From: the human T2T-CHM13v2.0 reference genome, Homo sapiens
Length of the DNA stretch: 64,000 nt
Direction: 5' to 3' (one strand)
Assembly (NCBI RefSeq): GCF_009914755.1
Contig: NC_060925.1
Within the stretch, counting starts at the first letter, position 1. Each line of letters opens with the position of its first letter. The position numbers and the translations under genes are program-made. Under the pieces are notes generated by a model, which worked only from the letters and a program-made list of their open reading frames with translations, was not told the DNA's origin and ran no database searches. Positions 11,901 through 26,200 of the stretch are shown here, piece after piece.

Positions 11901-14900
11901 CACAGAGTTTAACTTTTCTTTTCATAGAGCAGTTAGGAAACACTCTGTTTGTAAAGTCTGCAAGTGGATATTCAGACCTCTTTGAGGCCTTCGTTGGAAA
12001 CGTTATTTCTTCATATTATGCTAGACAGAATAATTCTCAGTAACTTCCTTGTGTTGTGTGTATTCAACTCACAGAGTTGAACGATCCTTTACACAGAGCA
12101 GACTTGAAACACTCTTTTTGTGTAATTTGCAAGTGGAGATTTCAGCCGATTTGAGGTCAATGGTAGAATAGGAAATATCTTCCTATAGAAACTAGACAGA
12201 ATGATTCTCAGAAACTCCTTTGTGATGTGTGCGTTCAACTCACAGAATTTAACATTTCTTTTCATAGAGCAGTTAGGAAACACTCTGTTTGTAAAGTCTG
12301 CAAGTGGATATTCAGACCTCTTTGAGGCCTTCGTTGGAAACGGGATTTCTTCATATTCTGCTAGACGGAAGAATTCTCAGTAACTTCCTTGTGTTGTGTG
12401 TATTCAACTCACAGAGTTGAACGATCCTTTACAGAGAGCAGACTTGAAACACTCTTTTTGTGGAATTTGCAAGTGGAGATTTCAGCCGCTTTGAGGTCAA
12501 TGGTAGAATAGGAAATATCTTCGTAGAAAAACTAGACAGAATGATTCTCAGAAAATCCTTTGTGATGTGTGCGTTCAACTCACAGAGTTTAACTTTTCTT
12601 TTCATAGAGCAGTTAGGAAACACTCTGTTTGTAAAGTCTGCAAGTGGATATTCAGACCTCTTTGAGGCCTTCGTTGGAAACGGGATTTCTTCATATTCTG
12701 CTAGACAGAAGAATTCTCAGTAACTTCCTTGTGTTGTGTGTATTCAACTCACACAGTTGAACGATCCTTTACACAGAGCAGACTTGAAACACTCTTTTTG
12801 TGGAATTTGCAACTGGAGATTTCAGCCGCTTTGAGGTCAATAGTAGAAAAGGAAATATCTTCGTAGAAAAACTAGACAGAATGATTCTCAGAAACTCCTT
12901 TGTGATGTGTGTTTTCAACTCACAGAGTTTAACCTTTCTTTTCATAGAGCAGTTAGTAAACACTCTGTTTATAAAGTCTGCAAGTGGATATTCAGACCCC
13001 TTTGAGGCCTTCGTTGGAAACGGGATTTCTTCATATTATGCTAGACAGAAGAATTCTCAGTAACTTCCTTGTGTTGTGTGTATACAACTCACAGAGTTGA
13101 ACTTTCATTTAGAGAGAGCAGATTTGAAACACTGTTTTTGTGGAATTTGCAAGTGGAGATTTCAAGCGCTTTGGGGCCAAAGGCAGAAAAGGAAATATCT
13201 TCGTATAAAAACTAGACAGAATCATTCTCAGAAACTGCTGCGTGATGTGTGCGTTCAACTCTCAGAGTTTAACTTTTCTTTTCATTCAGCGGTTTGGAAA
13301 CACTCTGTTTGTAAAGTCTGCACGTGGATATTTTGACCACTTAGAGGCCTTCGTTGGAAACGGGTTTTTTTCATGTAAGGCTAGACAGAAGAATTCCCAG
13401 TAACTTCCTTGTGTTGTGTGCATTCAACTCACAGAGTTGAACGTTCCCTTAGACAGAGCAGATTTGAAACACTCTATTTGTGCAATTTGCAAGCGTAGAT
13501 TTCAAGCGCTTTAAGGTCAATGGCAGAAAAGGAAATATCTTCGTTTCAAAACTAGACAGAATCATTCCCACAAACTGCGTTGTGATGTGTGCGTTCAACT
13601 CACAGAGTTTAACTTTTCTTTTCATAGAGCAGTTAGGAAACACTCTGTTTGTAAAGTCTGCAAGTGGATATTCAGACCTCTTTGAGGCCTTCGTTGGAAA
13701 CGGGATTTCTTCATATTCTGCTAGACAGAATAATTCTCAGTAACTTCCTTGTGTTGTGTGTATTCAACTCACAGAGTTGAATGATCCTTTACAGAGAGCA
13801 GACTTGAAACATTCTTTTTGTGGAATTTGCAAGTGGAGATTTCAGCCGCTTTGAGGTCAATGGTAGAAAAGGAAATATCTTCGTATAAAGACTAGACAGA
13901 ATGATTCTCAGAAACTCCTTTGTGATGTGTGCGTTCAACTCACAGAGTTTAACTTTTCTTTTCATACAGCAGTTAGGAAACACTCTGTTTGTAAAGTCTG
14001 CAAGTGGATATTCAGACCTCTTTCAGGCCTTCGTTGGAAACGGGATTTCTTCATATTATGCTAGACAGATTAATTCTCAGTAACTTCCTTGTGTTGTGTG
14101 TATTCAACTCACAAAGTTGAAGGATCCTTTACAGAGAGCAGGCTTGAAACACTCTTTTTGTCGAATTTGCAAGTGGAGATTTCAGCCGCTTTGAGGTCAA
14201 TGGTAGAATAGGAAATATCTTCTTATAGAAACTAGACAGAATGATTCTCATAAACTCCTTTGTGATGTGTGCGTTCAACTCACAGAGTTTAACCTTTCTT
14301 TTCATAGAGCAGTTAGGAAACACTCTGTTTGTAAAGTCTGCAAGTGGATATTCAGACCTCTTTGAGGCCTTCGTTGGAAACGGGATTTCTTCATATTTTG
14401 CTAGACAGAAGAATTCTCACTAACTTCCTTGTGTTGTGTGTATTCAACTCACAGAGTTGAACGATCCTTTACACAGAGCAGACTTGAAACACTCTTTTTG
14501 TGGAATTTGCAAGTGGAGATTTCAGCCGCTTTGAGGTCAATAGTAGAAAAGGAAATATCTTCGTAGAAAAACTAGACAGAATGATTCTCAGAAACTCCTT
14601 TGTGATGTGTGTTTTCAACTCACAGAGTTTAACCTTTCTTTTCATAGAGCAGTTAGTAAACACTCTGTTTATAAAGTCTGCAAGTGGATATTCAGACCCC
14701 TTTGAGGCCTTCGTTGGAAACGGGATTTCTTCCTATTATGCTAGACAGAAGAATTCTCAGTAACTTCCTTGTGTTGTGTGTATTCAACTGACAGAGTTGA
14801 ACTTTCATTTAGAGAGAGCAGATTTGAAACACTGTTTTTGTGGAGTTTGCAAGTGGAGATTTCAAGCGCTTTGGGGCCAAAGGCAGAAAAGGAAATATCT

Positions 14901-17900
14901 TCGTATAAAAACTAGATAGAATCATTCTCAGAAACTGCTGCGTGATGTGTGCGTTCAACTCTCAGAGTTTACCTTTTCTTTTCATTCAGCGGTTTGGAAA
15001 CACTCTGTTTGTAAAGTCTGCACGTGGATATTTTGACCACTTAGAGGCCTTCGTTAGAAACGGGTTTTTTTCATGTAAGGCTAGACAGAAGAATTCCCAG
15101 TAACTTCCTTGTGTTGTGTGCATTCAACTCACAGAGTTGAACGTTCCCTTAGACAGAGCAGATTTGAAACACTCTATTTGTGCAATTTGCAAGTGTAGAT
15201 TTCAAGCGCTTTAAGGTCAATGGCAGAAAAGGAAATATCTTCGTTTCAAAACTAGACAGAATCATTCCCACAAACTGCGTTGTGATGTGTTCGTTCAACT
15301 CACAGAGTTTAACCTTTCTGTTCATAGAGCAGTTAGGAAACACTCTGTTTGTAAACTCTGCAAGTGGATATTCAGACCTCCTTGAGGCCTTCGTTGGAAA
15401 CGGGATTTCTTCATATTCTGCTAGACAGAATAATTCTCAGTAACTTCCTTGTGTTGTGTGTATTCAACTCACAGAGTTGAACGATCCTTTACACAGAGCA
15501 GACTTCAAACACTCTTTCTGTGGAATTTGCAAGTGGAGATTTCAGCCGCTTTGAGGTCAATGGTAGAATAGGAAATATCTTCCTATAGAAACTAGACAGA
15601 ATGATTCTCAGAAACTCCTTTGTGATGTGTGCGTTCAACTCACAGAGTTTAACCTTTCTTTTCATAGAGCAGTTAGGAAACACTCTGTTTGTAAAGTCTG
15701 CAAGTGGATATTCAGACCTCTTTGAGGCCTTCGTTGGAAACGGGATTTCTTCATATTCTCCTAGACAGAAGAATTCTCAGTAACTTCCTTGTGTTGTGTG
15801 TATTCAACTCACAGAGTTGAACGATCCTTTACACAGAGCAGACTTGAAACACTCTTTTTGTGGAATTTGCAAGTGGAGATTTCAGCCGCTTTGAGGTCAA
15901 TGGTAGAAAAGTAAATATCTTCGTATGAAGACTAGACAGAATGATTCTCAGAAACTCCTTTGTGATGTGTGCGTTCAACTCACAGAGTTTAACCTTTCTG
16001 TTCATAGAGCAGTTAGGAAACACTCTGTTTGTAAAGTCTGCAAGTGGATATTCAGACCTCCTTGAGGCCTTCGTTGGAAATGGGATTTCTTCATATTCTG
16101 CTAGACAGAAGAATTCTCAGTAACTTCCTTGTGTTGTGTGTATTCAACTCACAGAGTTGAACGATCCTTTACACAGAGCAGACTTGAAACACTCTTTTTG
16201 TGGAATTTGCAAGTGGAGATTTCAGCCGCTTTGAGGTCAATGGTAGAAAAGGAAATATCTTCGTATAAAGACTAGACAGAAGGATTCTCATAAACTCCTT
16301 TGTGATGTGTGCGTTCAACTCACAGAGTTTAACTTTTCTTTTCATAGAGCAGTTAGGAAACACTCTGTTTGTAAAGTCTGCAAGTGGATATTCAGACCTC
16401 TTTGAGGCCTTCGTTGGAAACGGGATTTCTTCATATTATGCTAGACAGAAGAATTCTCAGTAACTTCCTTGTGTTGTGTGTATTCAACTCACAGAGTTGA
16501 ACGATCCTTTACACAGAGCAGACTTGAGACATTCTTTTTGTGGAATTTGCAAGTGGAGATTTCAGCCGCTTTGAGGTCAATGGTAGAATAGGAAATATCT
16601 TCCTAAAGAAACTAGACAGAACGATTCTCAGAAACTCCTTTGTGATGTGTGCGTTCAACTCACAGAGTTTAACCTTTCTTTTCATAGAGCAGTTAGGAAA
16701 CACTCTGTTTGTAAAGTCTGCAAGTGGATATTCAGACCTCTTTGAGGCCTTCGTTGGAAACGGGATTTCTTCATATTCTGTTAGACAGAAGAATTCTCAG
16801 TAACTTCCTTGTGTTGTGTGTATTCAACTCACAGAGTTGAACGATCCTTTACACAGAGCAGACTTGAAACATTCTTTTTGTGGAATTTGCAAGTGGAGAT
16901 TTCAGCCGCTTTGAGGTCAATGGTAGAATAGGAAATATCTTCCTATAGAAACTAGACAGAACGATTCTCAGAAACTCCTTTGTGATGTGTGCGTTCAACT
17001 CACAGAGTTTAACCTTTCTTTTCATAGAGCAGTTAGGAAACACTCTGTTTGTAAAGTCTGCAAGTGGATATTCAGACCTCTTTGAGGCCTTCGTTGGAAA
17101 CGGGATTTCTTCATATTCTGCTAGACAGAAGAATTCTCAGTAACTTCCTTGTGTTGTGTGTATTCAACTCACAGAGTTGAACGATCCTTTACACAGAGCA
17201 GACTTGAAACACTCTTTTTGTTGAATTTGCAAGTGGAGATTTCAGCCGCTTTGAGGTCAATAGTAGAAAAGGAAATATCTTCGTAGAAAAACTAGACAGA
17301 ATGATTCTCAGAAACTCCTTTGTGATGTGTGTGTTCAACTCACAGAGTTTAACCTTTCTTTTCATAGAGCAGTTAGTAAACACTCTGTTTATAAAGTCTG
17401 CAAGTGGATATTCAGACCCCTTTGAGGCCTTCGTTGGAAACGGGATTTCTTCATATTATGCTAGACAGAAGAATTCTCAGTAACTTCCTTGTGTTGTGTG
17501 TTTTTAACTGACAGAGTTGAACTTTCATTTAGAGAGAGCAGATTTGAAACACTGTTTTTGTGGAATTTGCAAGTGGAGATTTCAAGCGCTGTGGGCCAAA
17601 GGCAGAAAAGGAAATATCTTCGTATAAAAACTAGACAGAATCATTCTCAGAAACTGCTGCGTGATGTGTGCGTTCAACTCTCAGAGTTTAACTTTTCTTT
17701 TCATTCAGCGGTTTGGAAACACTCTGTTTGTAAAGTCTGCACGTGGAAATTTTGACCACTTAGAGGCCTTCGTTGGAAACGGGTTTTTTTCATGTAAGGC
17801 TAGACAGAAGAATTCCCAGTAACTTCCTTGTGTTGTGTGCATTCAACTCACAGAGTTGAACGTTCCCTTAGACAGAGCAGATTTGAAACACTCTATTTGT

Positions 17901-20900
17901 GCAATTTGCAAGTGTAGATTTCAAGCGCTTTAAGGTCAATGGCAGAAAAGGAAATATCTTCGTTTCAAAACTAGACAGAATCATTCCCACAAACTGCGTT
18001 GTGATGTGTTCGTTCAACTCACAGAGTTTAACCTTTCTGTTCATAGAGCGGTTAGGAAACACTCTGTTTGTAAAGTCTGTAAGTGGATATTCTGACATCT
18101 TGTGGCCTTCGTTGGAAACGGGATTTCTTCATATTCTGCTAGACAGAAGAATTCTCAGTAACTTCCTTGTGTTGTGTGTATTCAACTTACAGAGTTGAAC
18201 GATCCTTTACACAGAGCAGACTTGAAACACTCTTTTTGTGGAATTTGCAAGTGGAGATTTCAGCCGCTTTGAGGTCAATGGTAGAAAAGGAAATATCTTC
18301 ATATAAAGACTAGACAGAATGATTCTCAGAAACTCCTTTGTGATGTGTGCGTTCAACTCACAGAGGTTAACCTTTCTTTTCATAGAGCACTTAGGAAACA
18401 CTCTGTTTGTAAAGTCTGCAAGTGGATATTCAGACCTCCTTGAGGCCTTCGTTGGAAACGGGATTTCTTCATATTCTGCTAGACAGAAGAATTCCCAGTA
18501 ACTTCCTTGTGTTGTGTGCATTCAACTCACAGAGTTGAACGTTCCCTTAGACAGAGCAGATTTGAAACACTCTATTTGTGCAATTTGCAAGTGTAGATTT
18601 CAAGCGCTTTAAGGTCAATGGCAGAAAAGGAAATATCTTCGTTTCAAAACTAGACAGAATCATTCCCACAAACTGCGTTGTAATGTGTGCGTTCAACTCA
18701 CAGAGTTTAACCTTTCTTTTCATAGAGCAGTTAGGAAACACTCTGTTTGTAAAGTCTGCAAGTGGATATTCAGACCTCTTTGAGGCCTTCGTTGGAAACG
18801 GGATTTCTTCATATTCTGCTAGACAGAAGAATTCTCAGTAACTTCCTTGTGTTGTGTGTATTCAACTCACAGAGTTGAACGATCCTTTACAAAGAGCAGA
18901 CTTGAAACACTCTTTCTGTGGAATTTGCAATTGGAGATTTCAGCCGCTTTGAGGACAATGGTAGAATAGGAAATATCTTCCTATAGAAACTAGACAGAAT
19001 GATTCTCAGAAACTCCTTTGTGATGTGTGCGTTCAACTCACAGAGTTTAACCTTTCTTTTCATAGAGCAGTTAGGAAACACTCTGTTTGTAAAGTCTGCA
19101 AGTGGATATTCAGACCTCTTTGAGGCCTTCGTTGGAAACGGGATTTCTTCGTATTCTGCTAGACAGAAGAATTCTCAGTAACTTCCTTGTGTTGTGTGTA
19201 TTCAACTCACAGAGTTGAACGATCCTTTACACAGAGCAGACTTGAAACACTCTTTTTGTGGAATTTGCAAGTGGAGATTTCAGCCGCTTTGAGGTCAATA
19301 GTAGAAAAGGAAATATCTTCACAGAAAAACTAGACAGAATGATTCTCAGAAACTCCTTTGTGATGTGTGTGTTCAACTCACAGAGTTTAACCTTTCTTTT
19401 CATAGAGCAGTTAGTAAACACTCTGTTTATAAAGTCTGCAAGTGGATATTCAGACCCCTTTGAGGCCTTCGTTGGAAACGGGATTTCTTCATATTATGCT
19501 AGACAGAAGAATTCTCAGTAACTTCCTTGTGTTGTGTTTATTCAACTGACAGAGTTGAACTTTCATTTAGAGAGAGCAGATTTGAAACACTGTTTTTGTG
19601 GAATTTGCAAGTGGAGATTTCAAGCGCTTTGGGGCCAAAGGCAGAAAAGGAAATATCTTCGTATAAAAACTAGACAGAATCATTCTCAGAAACTGCTGCG
19701 TGATGTGTGCGTTCAACTCTCAGAGTTTAACTTTTCTTTTCATTCAGCGGTTTGGAAACACTCTGTTTGTAAAGTCTGCACGTGGATATTTTGACCACTT
19801 AGAGGCCTTCGTTGGAAACGGGTTTTTTTCATGTAAGGCTAGACAGAAGAATTCCCAGTAACTTCCTTGTGTTGTGTGCATTCAACTCACAGAGTTGAAC
19901 GATCCTTTACACAGAGCAGACTTGAAACACTCTTTTTGTGGAATTTGCAAGTGGAGATTTCAGCCGCTTTGAGGTCAATGGTAGAATAGGAAATATCTTC
20001 CTATAGAAACTAGACAGAATGATTATCATAAACTCCTTTGTGATGTGTGCGTTCAACTCACAGAGTTTAACCTTTCTGTTCATAGAGCAGTTAGGAAACA
20101 CTCTGTTTGTAAAGTCTGTAAGTGGATATTCTGACATCTTGTGGCCTTTGTTGGAAACGGGATTTCTTCATATTCTGCTAGACAGAAGAATTCTCAGTAA
20201 CTTCCTTGTGTTGTGTGTATTCAACTCACAGAGTTGCACGATCCTTTACACAGAGCAGACTTGAAACACTCTTTTTGTGGAATTTGCAAGTGGAGATTTC
20301 AGCCACTTTGAGGTCAATGGTAGAATAGGAAATATCTTCCTATAGAAACTAGACAGAATGATTCTCAGAAACTCCTTTGTGATGTGTGCGTTCAACTCAC
20401 AGAATTTAACATTTCTTTTCATAGAGCAGTTAGGAAACACTCTGTTTGTAAAGTCTGTAAGTGGATATTCAGACCTCTTTGAGGCCTTCGTTGGAAACGG
20501 GATTTCTTCGTATTCTGCTAGACAGAAGAATTCTCAGTAACTTCCTTGTGTTGTGTGTATTCAACTCACAGAGTTGAACGATCCTTTACAGAGAGCAGAC
20601 TTGAAACACTCTTTTTGTGGAATTTGCAAGTGGAGATTTCAGCCGCTTTGAGGTCAATGGTAGAATAGGAAATATCTTCGTAGAAAAACTAGACAGAATG
20701 ATTCTCAGAAAATCCTTTGTGATGTGTGCGTTCAACTCACAGAGTTTAACTTTTCTTTTCATAGAGCAGTTAGGAAACACTCTGTTTGTAAAGTCTGCAA
20801 GTGGATATTCAGACCTCTTTGAGGCCTTCGTTGGAAACGTTATTTCTTCATATTATGCTAGACAGAATAATTCTCAGTAACTTCCTTGTGTTGTGTGTAT

Positions 20901-23234
20901 TCAACTCACAGAGTTGAACGATCCTTTACACAGAGCAGACTTGAAACACTCTTTTTGTGTAATTTGCAAGTGGAGATTTCAGCCGATTTGAGGTCAATGG
21001 TAGAATAGGAAATATCTTCCTATAGAAACTAGACAGAATGATTCTCAGAAACTCCTTTGTGATGTGTGCGTTCAACTCACAGAATTTAACATTTCTTTTC
21101 ATAGAGCAGTTAGGAAACACTCTGTTTGTAAAGTCTGCAAGTGGATATTCAGACCTCTTTGAGGCCTTCGTTGGAAACGGGATTTCTTCATATTCTGCTA
21201 GACGGAAGAATTCTCAGTAACTTCCTTGTGTTGTGTGTATTCAACTCACAGAGTTGAACGATCCTTTACAGAGAGCAGACTTGAAACACTCTTTTTGTGG
21301 AATTTGCAAGTGGAGATTTCAGCCGCTTTGAGGTCAATGGTAGAATAGGAAATATCTTCGTAGAAAAACTAGACAGAATGATTCTCAGAAAATCCTTTGT
21401 GATGTGTGCGTTCAACTCACAGAGTTTAACTTTTCTTTTCATAGAGCAGTTAGGAAACACTCTGTTTGTAAAGTCTGCAAGTGGATATTCAGACCTCTTT
21501 GAGGCCTTCGTTGGAAACGGGATTTCTTCATATTCTGCTAGACAGAAGAATTCTCAGTAACTTCCTTGTGTTGTGTGTATTCAACTCACACAGTTGAACG
21601 ATCCTTTACACAGAGCAGACTTGAAACACTCTTTTTGTGGAATTTGCAAGTGGAGATTTCAGCCGCTTTGAGGTCAATAGTAGAAAAGGAAATATCTTCG
21701 TAGAAAAACTAGACAGAATGATTCTCAGAAACTCCTTTGTGATGTGTGTTTTCAACTCACAGAGTTTAACCTTTCTTTTCATAGAGCAGTTAGTAAACAC
21801 TCTGTTTATAAAGTCTGCAAGTGGATATTCAGACCCCTTTGAGGCCTTCGTTGGAAACGGGATTTCTTCATATTATGCTAGACAGAAGAATTCTCAGTAA
21901 CTTCCTTGTGTTGTGTGTATACAACTCACAGAGTTGAACTTTCATTTAGAGAGAGCAGATTTGAAACACTGTTTTTGTGGAATTTGCAAGTGGAGATTTC
22001 AAGCGCTTTGGGGCCAAAGGCAGAAAAGGAAATATCTTCGTATAAAAACTAGACAGAATCATTCTCAGAAACTGCTGCGTGATGTGTGCGTTCAACTCTC
22101 AGAGTTTAACTTTTCTTTTCATTCAGCGGTTTGGAAACACTCTGTTTGTAAAGTCTGCACGTGGATATTTTGACCACTTAGAGGCCTTCGTTGGAAACGG
22201 GTTTTTTTCATGTAAGGCTAGACAGAAGAATTCCCAGTAACTTCCTTGTGTTGTGTGCATTCAACTCACAGAGTTGAACGTTCCCTTAGACAGAGCAGAT
22301 TTGAAACACTCTATTTGTGCAATTTGCAAGCGTAGATTTCAAGCGCTTTAAGGTCAATGGCAGAAAAGGAAATATCTTCGTTTCAAAACTAGACAGAATC
22401 ATTCCCACAAACTGCGTTGTGATGTGTGCGTTCAACTCACAGAGTTTAACTTTTCTTTTCATAGAGCAGTTAGGAAACACTCTGTTTGTAAAGTCTGCAA
22501 GTGGATATTCAGACCTCTTTGAGGCCTTCGTTGGAAACGGGATTTCTTCATATTCTGCTAGACAGAATAATTCTCAGTAACTTCCTTGTGTTGTGTGTAT
22601 TCAACTCACAGAGTTGAATGATCCTTTACAGAGAGCAGACTTGAAACATTCTTTTTGTGGAATTTGCAAGTGGAGATTTCAGCCGCTTTGAGGTCAATGG
22701 TAGAAAAGGAAATATCTTCGTATAAAGACTAGACAGAATGATTCTCAGAAACTCCTTTGTGATGTGTGCGTTCAACTCACAGAGTTTAACTTTTCTTTTC
22801 ATACAGCAGTTAGGAAACACTCTGTTTGTAAAGTCTGCAAGTGGATATTCAGACCTCTTTGAGGCCTTCGTTGGAAACGGGATTTCTTCATATTATGCTA
22901 GACAGATTAATTCTCAGTAACTTCCTTGTGTTGTGTGTATTCAACTCACAAAGTTGAAGGATCCTTTACAGAGAGCAGGCTTGAAACACTCTTTTTGTCG
23001 AATTTGCAAGTGGAGATTTCAGCCGCTTTGAGGTCAATGGTAGAATAGGAAATATCTTCTTATAGAAACTAGACAGAATGATTCTCATAAACTCCTTTGT
23101 GATGTGTGCGTTCAACTCACAGAGTTTAACCTTTCTTTTCATAGAGCAGTTAGGAAACACTCTGTTTGTAAAGTCTGCAAGTGGATATTCAGACCTCTTT
23201 GAGGCCTTCGTTGGAAACGGGATTTCTTCATATT
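8912..23234 (+). repeat. Repeated block, ~8912-14397 and ~17749-23234 (offset 8,837)
   Basis: ORF pairs 9031/17868, 10697/19534, 13076/21913 and 14129/22966. Shared rare variants include gaggttaac, gagcactta, gattatcataa and aaagttgaaggatcc. Confidence 0.9.
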
Positions 23235-26200
23235 CTGCTAGACAGAAGAATTCTCAGTAACTTCCTTGTGTTGTGTGTATTCAACTCACAGAGTTGAACG
23301 ATCCTTTACACAGAGCAGACTTGAAACACTCTTTTTGTGGAATTTGCAAGTGGAGATTTCAGCCGCTTTGAGGTCAATAGTAGAAAAGGAAATATCTTCG
23401 TAGAAAAACTAGACAGAATGATTCTCAGAAACTCCTTTGTGATGTGTGTGTTCAACTCACAGAGTTTAACCTTTCTTTTCATAGAGCAGTTAGTAAACAC
23501 TCTGTTTATAAAGTCTGCAAGTGGATATTCAGACCCCTTTGAGGCCTTCGTTGGAAACGGGATTTCTTCATATTATGCTAGACAGAAGAATTCTCAGTAA
23601 CTTCCTTGTGTTGTGTGTTTTTAACTGACAGAGTTGAACTTTCATTTAGAGAGAGCAGATTTGAAACACTGTTTTTGTGGAATTTGCAAGTGGAGATTTC
23701 AAGCGCTGTGGGCCAAAGGCAGAAAAGGAAATATCTTCGTATAAAAACTAGACAGAATCATTCTCAGAAACTGCTGCGTGATGTGTGCGTTCAACTCTCA
23801 GAGTTTAACTTTTCTTTTCATTCAGCGGTTTGGAAACACTCTGTTTGTAAAGTCTGCACGTGGAAATTTTGACCACTTAGAGGCCTTCGTTGGAAACGGG
23901 TTTTTTTCATGTAAGGCTAGACAGAAGAATTCCCAGTAACTTCCTTGTGTTGTGTGCATTCAACTCACAGAGTTGAACGTTCCCTTAGACAGAGCAGATT
24001 TGAAACACTCTATTTGTGCAATTTGCAAGTGTAGATTTCAAGCGCTTTAAGGTCAATGGCAGAAAAGGAAATATCTTCGTTTCAAAACTAGACAGAATCA
24101 TTCCCACAAACTGCGTTGTGATGTGTTCGTTCAACTCACAGAGTTTAACCTTTCTGTTCATAGAGCGGTTAGGAAACACTCTGTTTGTAAAGTCTGTAAG
24201 TGGATATTCTGACATCTTGTGGCCTTCGTTGGAAACGGGATTTCTTCATATTCTGCTAGACAGAAGAATTCTCAGTAACTTCCTTGTGTTGTGTGTATTC
24301 AACTTACAGAGTTGAACGATCCTTTACACAGAGCAGACTTGAAACACTCTTTTTGTGGAATTTGCAAGTGGAGATTTCAGCCGCTTTGAGGTCAATGGTA
24401 GAAAAGGAAATATCTTCATATAAAGACTAGACAGAATGATTCTCAGAAACTCCTTTGTGATGTGTGCGTTCAACTCACAGAGGTTAACCTTTCTTTTCAT
24501 AGAGCACTTAGGAAACACTCTGTTTGTAAAGTCTGCAAGTGGATATTCAGACCTCCTTGAGGCCTTCGTTGGAAACGGGATTTCTTCATATTCTGCTAGA
24601 CAGAAGAATTCCCAGTAACTTCCTTGTGTTGTGTGCATTCAACTCACAGAGTTGAACGTTCCCTTAGACAGAGCAGATTTGAAACACTCTATTTGTGCAA
24701 TTTGCAAGTGTAGATTTCAAGCGCTTTAAGGTCAATGGCAGAAAAGGAAATATCTTCGTTTCAAAACTAGACAGAATCATTCCCACAAACTGCGTTGTAA
24801 TGTGTGCGTTCAACTCACAGAGTTTAACCTTTCTTTTCATAGAGCAGTTAGGAAACACTCTGTTTGTAAAGTCTGCAAGTGGATATTCAGACCTCTTTGA
24901 GGCCTTCGTTGGAAACGGGATTTCTTCATATTCTGCTAGACAGAAGAATTCTCAGTAACTTCCTTGTGTTGTGTGTATTCAACTCACAGAGTTGAACGAT
25001 CCTTTACAAAGAGCAGACTTGAAACACTCTTTCTGTGGAATTTGCAATTGGAGATTTCAGCCGCTTTGAGGACAATGGTAGAATAGGAAATATCTTCCTA
25101 TAGAAACTAGACAGAATGATTCTCAGAAACTCCTTTGTGATGTGTGCGTTCAACTCACAGAGTTTAACCTTTCTTTTCATAGAGCAGTTAGGAAACACTC
25201 TGTTTGTAAAGTCTGCAAGTGGATATTCAGACCTCTTTGAGGCCTTCGTTGGAAACGGGATTTCTTCGTATTCTGCTAGACAGAAGAATTCTCAGTAACT
25301 TCCTTGTGTTGTGTGTATTCAACTCACAGAGTTGAACGATCCTTTACACAGAGCAGACTTGAAACACTCTTTTTGTGGAATTTGCAAGTGGAGATTTCAG
25401 CCGCTTTGAGGTCAATAGTAGAAAAGGAAATATCTTCACAGAAAAACTAGACAGAATGATTCTCAGAAACTCCTTTGTGATGTGTGTGTTCAACTCACAG
25501 AGTTTAACCTTTCTTTTCATAGAGCAGTTAGTAAACACTCTGTTTATAAAGTCTGCAAGTGGATATTCAGACCCCTTTGAGGCCTTCGTTGGAAACGGGA
25601 TTTCTTCATATTATGCTAGACAGAAGAATTCTCAGTAACTTCCTTGTGTTGTGTTTATTCAACTGACAGAGTTGAACTTTCATTTAGAGAGAGCAGATTT
25701 GAAACACTGTTTTTGTGGAATTTGCAAGTGGAGATTTCAAGCGCTTTGGGGCCAAAGGCAGAAAAGGAAATATCTTCGTATAAAAACTAGACAGAATCAT
25801 TCTCAGAAACTGCTGCGTGATGTGTGCGTTCAACTCTCAGAGTTTAACTTTTCTTTTCATTCAGCGGTTTGGAAACACTCTGTTTGTAAAGTCTGCACGT
25901 GGATATTTTGACCACTTAGAGGCCTTCGTTGGAAACGGGTTTTTTTCATGTAAGGCTAGACAGAAGAATTCCCAGTAACTTCCTTGTGTTGTGTGCATTC
26001 AACTCACAGAGTTGAACGATCCTTTACACAGAGCAGACTTGAAACACTCTTTTTGTGGAATTTGCAAGTGGAGATTTCAGCCGCTTTGAGGTCAATGGTA
26101 GAATAGGAAATATCTTCCTATAGAAACTAGACAGAATGATTATCATAAACTCCTTTGTGATGTGTGCGTTCAACTCACAGAGTTTAACCTTTCTGTTCAT

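Larger units (their letters stand above)
2376..14052 (+). repeat. Repeated block, ~2376-5214 and ~11214-14052 (offset 8,838)
   Basis: Same ordered rare variants in both copies: ctTTGttgga, gttgCacg, agccActt, aacgTTatt, tgtgTaattt, gacGgaag, cacaCagttg, tatAcaac, caagCgtag, cataCagc. ORF pairs 2571/11409 through 4951/13789. Confidence 0.88.

Noticed and set aside
14751-15090. Gaps in the ORF track (also 28.7, 33.1-33.5, 43.0 and 47.4-47.8 kb) suggesting different sequence
   Set aside because: They are explained by a single C>T making a stop (actagaTaga) or by the 1-bp deletion ctttcctaga. The DNA is ordinary alpha satellite.
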